Part shown: positions 60,980 through 64,000 of the stretch, in pieces | Position numbering within the stretch: the stretch's first letter is position 1 | How the letters are laid out: each line of letters opens with the position of its first letter | NCBI GenBank assembly: GCA_963666215.2 | Contig: CAXWPL010000003.1 | Coordinates: 288,001-352,000 of the forward strand | Reading direction: 5' to 3' | DNA: 64,000 nucleotides | DNA from: Acidobacteriota bacterium | GTDB taxonomy: Bacteria > Acidobacteriota > UBA890 > WLXD01 | Program-made: the position numbers and the translations under genes | The notes under the pieces: model-generated | The model's database searches: none | What the model saw: the letters and a program-made list of their open reading frames with translations, nothing else | Told to the model about the DNA's origin: nothing

Positions 60980-62296
60980 GTGAGATTCCGAATTCTGGTC
61001 GTCGCGCTGCTCGTACTACTCGCCACACCGGTGTCATACGCGCAGAACGTAGCGCACACCGCGAAGGCGCGAGCCGAGATCCTCCACCTGATCCGCAGGG
61101 AGAAGCTCGACCTCATCCTGCCGATCGCGATGCGCGAGAACGGCATCGACATGTGGATTCACGTCATCCGCGCCGGCAATCCCGACCCCATGTCGGTGCA
61201 CTTCGGTGGCGCCAGCGGCTACCTGATCTTCACCGACCGCGGCGGCGACCGGATTGAGCGCGCGGTGCTCGGAGGTGGCGGCCATCCAGAACTGTTCGAC
61301 ATCTTCGGCTCCGACGACCTGGCGCGGGCCGTGGAGGGCTACAACCGCGGCAGTGTCGACGAGTCGGTGTACGACGAGATCCGCGATTTCGTCGGCGATC
61401 GCGACCCCGCCACGATCGCGGTCAACACCTCGGAGTGGCTGACGATCTCAGACGGCATCTCGCACTCCGACTACATGAAACTGGAGAGCATCCTCGAGCG
61501 CGCGCTCTCCAGGGAGGTCATCACACCGGGTGTGACCACGCTCGATGACGTCGGGTGGTGGGTACGCGAGGAGATGTTTAAGCAGGGCCTCTCGAGTGGG
61601 CCGAGCCTCGGCGTCAGCATCCCGCGGATCCTCTACTCGGCGGTCTCCGAGGCCATCGATCCTCCTGATGTCCGCTGGTGGATCCACCACGGCAGCTACG
61701 TCATCCAGCGCGGCGATTTCATGACCTTCGACATCGGCGTGCGTTACCTCGACTACTTCGTCACCGACTACAAGCGCAACGCCTACGTCATGCGCGAGGG
61801 TGAGGTCTCTGTACCCGAGCCCATCCAACTGGCCTACGACCGCGCGATCGGCGCGCAGCCGATCATCCGCAAGCAGATCAAGGTCGGGCAGACGGCGAAG
61901 GAAACGCTCGACAAGATCGTTGCGGCGCTCGAGACGGCCGGCTACATCTACACACCGTTCATCGACATCGGCACCCAAGACTACGAGATGGTCCAGGAGG
62001 CGATGATCGGCGCCGGCACAGAGCGCTCCGGCTTCTCGATCGACCTCCACAGCCAGGGCAACAACGGCGGCAGCCTGGTCACGGTCGGCCCGTCGGTAGC
62101 GCCGTTCCGCTCCGATCGCAACGACATCGTCATCAAGGAGAACCACATCTTCTCGTTCGAGTACATGGTTCACACCAACCTCCCGGACCGGCCAAACTTC
62201 CCGGCCTCGCTCAACATCGAGGGCAACCACGTCGTCACGAGTCAGGGCGTGGAGTTCCTGTATCCGCCGAACGAGCGCATTCTGATCATCCGTTGA
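60980..62296 (+). CDS. M24 family metallopeptidase paralogue with an apparent in-frame 41-aa internal deletion
   Basis: Aligns with 29539..30930 but reads SHSDYMKLESIL|ERALSRE. Confidence 0.75.
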   Translation: MRFRILVVALLVLLATPVSYAQNVAHTAKARAEILHLIRREKLDLILPIAMRENGIDMWIHVIRAGNPDPMSVHFGGASGYLIFTDRGGDRIERAVLGGGGHPELFDIFGSDDLARAVEGYNRGSVDESVYDEIRDFVGDRDPATIAVNTSEWLTISDGISHSDYMKLESILERALSREVITPGVTTLDDVGWWVREEMFKQGLSSGPSLGVSIPRILYSAVSEAIDPPDVRWWIHHGSYVIQRGDFMTFDIGVRYLDYFVTDYKRNAYVMREGEVSVPEPIQLAYDRAIGAQPIIRKQIKVGQTAKETLDKIVAALETAGYIYTPFIDIGTQDYEMVQEAMIGAGTERSGFSIDLHSQGNNGGSLVTVGPSVAPFRSDRNDIVIKENHIFSFEYMVHTNLPDRPNFPASLNIEGNHVVTSQGVEFLYPPNERILIIR

Positions 62297-62366
62297 GGTT
62301 GGCTGCCAAGAGCATGCTCGCGTCGCCCCAGGTGACGCTGCAGCCACTATGTTGGAGCCCGACTGC

Positions 62367-63821
62367 ATGAGAGTCCGCACGAGTTGCCGTGTCGCCACCA
62401 CGCCTCGACCAGCACCAACGCTCGCACGAGCCGCTGTCACATGCGCGCTGATTGCCGCAACTGCTGGAATCGCGCCTACTGCGGCCGCGGCCTCACAGCA
62501 ACCGGCTAGTCCGCTCGCCGTGGAGATTTTCCGCGAGCTCATCGAGATCCGTTCGAGCGAGAACTACCCGGAAAACACGCGCCGACTCCTTGAGGGTGTG
62601 GTGCAACGGCTCAAAGCGGCAGGCTTCGCCGACAACGAGATCGAGCTAATTGAAGCGGGCCGTCTCAATCTCGTCGTGCGCTACCGAGGGACCGGTAGTC
62701 GCAAGCCCCTGCTCGCCATGGCGCACGTCGATGTGGTCGACGCCGACCCTGACTCGTGGCGGGCCGATCCGTTCACCTTCGTCGAGGCCGACGGCTACTA
62801 CTGGGGCCGCGGTACCACCGACAACAAGGCCGGCGCGGCGAGCCTCATCGCCAACTTCATCCGCCTGCGCCAGGAGGGATACGAGCCCGACCGCGACCTG
62901 ATCATGGTGCTCACCGGCAACGAAGAGACCACCATGGACGGCATCGCGCACCTGGCCGCCGAGCGCCTCGACCTGATCGGCGCCGAGCTGGCATTCAACA
63001 CCGATTCCGGCGGTGGGGTGCTCGACCCGAACGGCGAGCCGTCCACCTTCATGGTTCAGATGGCCGAGAAGCGCTATCAGACGTTCGAGTTGATGACGTC
63101 GAACGCAGGGGGCCACAGCTCGTTGCCGCGCCCCGACAACGCCATCTACGAGCTCGCCCAGGCACTTGTCCGACTGCAGCGGTACGGCTTCCAGACGGAC
63201 GTCAGCGATATTGCCCGAGAGGGCTTCCGGGTGGCGGGAGAACGCACGCCCGGCGAGGAGGGGGAGCTTCTTCGCGAGGCCGGCAGGGAGAACGCCGATC
63301 CCGAAGCCCTACGGCGGCTGGCGGCGAGCGACCCGTGGGCCAACTCGACCATGAGAACCACCTGTGTCGCAACCATGCTGGAGTCGGGCGTGGCCGAGAA
63401 CGCCCTGCCGCGCGCCGCCAAAGCAACCGTGAACTGCCGCATCGTCCCGGGTGTGGAGCCGACGCGTGTGCTCGCGACCCTTCGCGAAGTGATCGCCGAC
63501 GACAGCGTCGAAGTCAGCATGGTCGCCGGCGGCGGCGACGCAGCCAGTCCACCTTCTCCCCTGCGTGCCGACGTCGTCGAGCCCATCCGCGAGCTCATCG
63601 AAGAGCTCTGGCCTGGCACGGCCGTGGCCCCTGAGCAATCGACCTACGCCACCGACGGCCTCTGGGTTCGCAACGCTGGCATCCCGGTTTACGGTGTGTC
63701 GGGCCTGTTCAGCGAGCCCGACGACGTCCGCGCCCACGGCCTCGACGAGCGTGTCGGCGTCGAATCGTTCCACGACTCGGTCGAGTTCTGGTATCGGCTA
63801 CTCAAGCGCTTCAGCAGCTGA
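62367..63821 (+). CDS. M20/M25/M40 family metallohydrolase, secreted
   Basis: AHVDVV, WGRGTTDNK, NEE, GGHSS, YATD and AHGLDER motifs; start uncertain. Confidence 0.88.
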   Translation: MRVRTSCRVATTPRPAPTLARAAVTCALIAATAGIAPTAAAASQQPASPLAVEIFRELIEIRSSENYPENTRRLLEGVVQRLKAAGFADNEIELIEAGRLNLVVRYRGTGSRKPLLAMAHVDVVDADPDSWRADPFTFVEADGYYWGRGTTDNKAGAASLIANFIRLRQEGYEPDRDLIMVLTGNEETTMDGIAHLAAERLDLIGAELAFNTDSGGGVLDPNGEPSTFMVQMAEKRYQTFELMTSNAGGHSSLPRPDNAIYELAQALVRLQRYGFQTDVSDIAREGFRVAGERTPGEEGELLREAGRENADPEALRRLAASDPWANSTMRTTCVATMLESGVAENALPRAAKATVNCRIVPGVEPTRVLATLREVIADDSVEVSMVAGGGDAASPPSPLRADVVEPIRELIEELWPGTAVAPEQSTYATDGLWVRNAGIPVYGVSGLFSEPDDVRAHGLDERVGVESFHDSVEFWYRLLKRFSS

Positions 63822-63828
63822 CCGCCCG

Positions 63829-64000
63829 CGTGGACGGTGGGGGCGTGGTGGCGACCTGTTGTATCGCTGGGGCAATCCACAGGTCTACGGACGAGGCGAC
63901 GAAGAAGATCAGCAACTCGGCTATCAACACGACCCGCGCTGGATCCCCGCGGGCCATCCGGGCGCCGGCAACCTGCTGATCTTCAGCAACCGCAATGGCG
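63829..64000 (+). pseudogene. Internal fragment of an aryl-sulfate sulfotransferase (ASST)-like protein; continues beyond the window
   Basis: Manual translation: GRWGRGGDLLYRWGNPQVYGRG...QHDPRWIP...GAGNLLIFSN, starting directly after the upstream stop with no 5' region. Confidence 0.65.

Noticed and set aside
1-64000. CRISPR array, rRNA, tRNA, prophage or defence-system genes
   Set aside because: No regularly spaced repeat-spacer units, RNA-gene signatures or matching protein motifs were recognised by eye

Overview
GC-rich bacterial window. The gene content (VPS10/BNR proteins, M28/M24/M20/S9 peptidases, DUF885-like, ASPIC/UnbV, PD40 proteins) resembles Acidobacteriota-like heterotrophs, but that taxonomy is inference only. 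It is dominated by secreted hydrolases and peptidases. It also holds an intact ilvD-ilvC-ilvB-ilvN cluster with a recognisable promoter, palindrome and leader hairpin, a MacAB/LolCDE-type ABC operon, dsbD, a complete IS481-family element and an IS3-family remnant. About 15 accessory genes carry in-frame TAG stops, frameshifts or deletion junctions that create chimeras, while the ilv genes and several long genes are intact. The best candidates for new biology are: (i) an AKR / Ser-Cys proline-racemase-like / Tyr-less SDR operon; (ii) a QExxH matrixin with a cystine-knot-like tail and an adjacent secreted partner; (iii) a Ser/Thr kinase-TM-GT4 fusion; (iv) an in-frame IS3-HTH::M28 peptidase chimera. 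No rRNA, tRNA or CRISPR array was seen. All family calls come from motif recognition by eye, not database searches.
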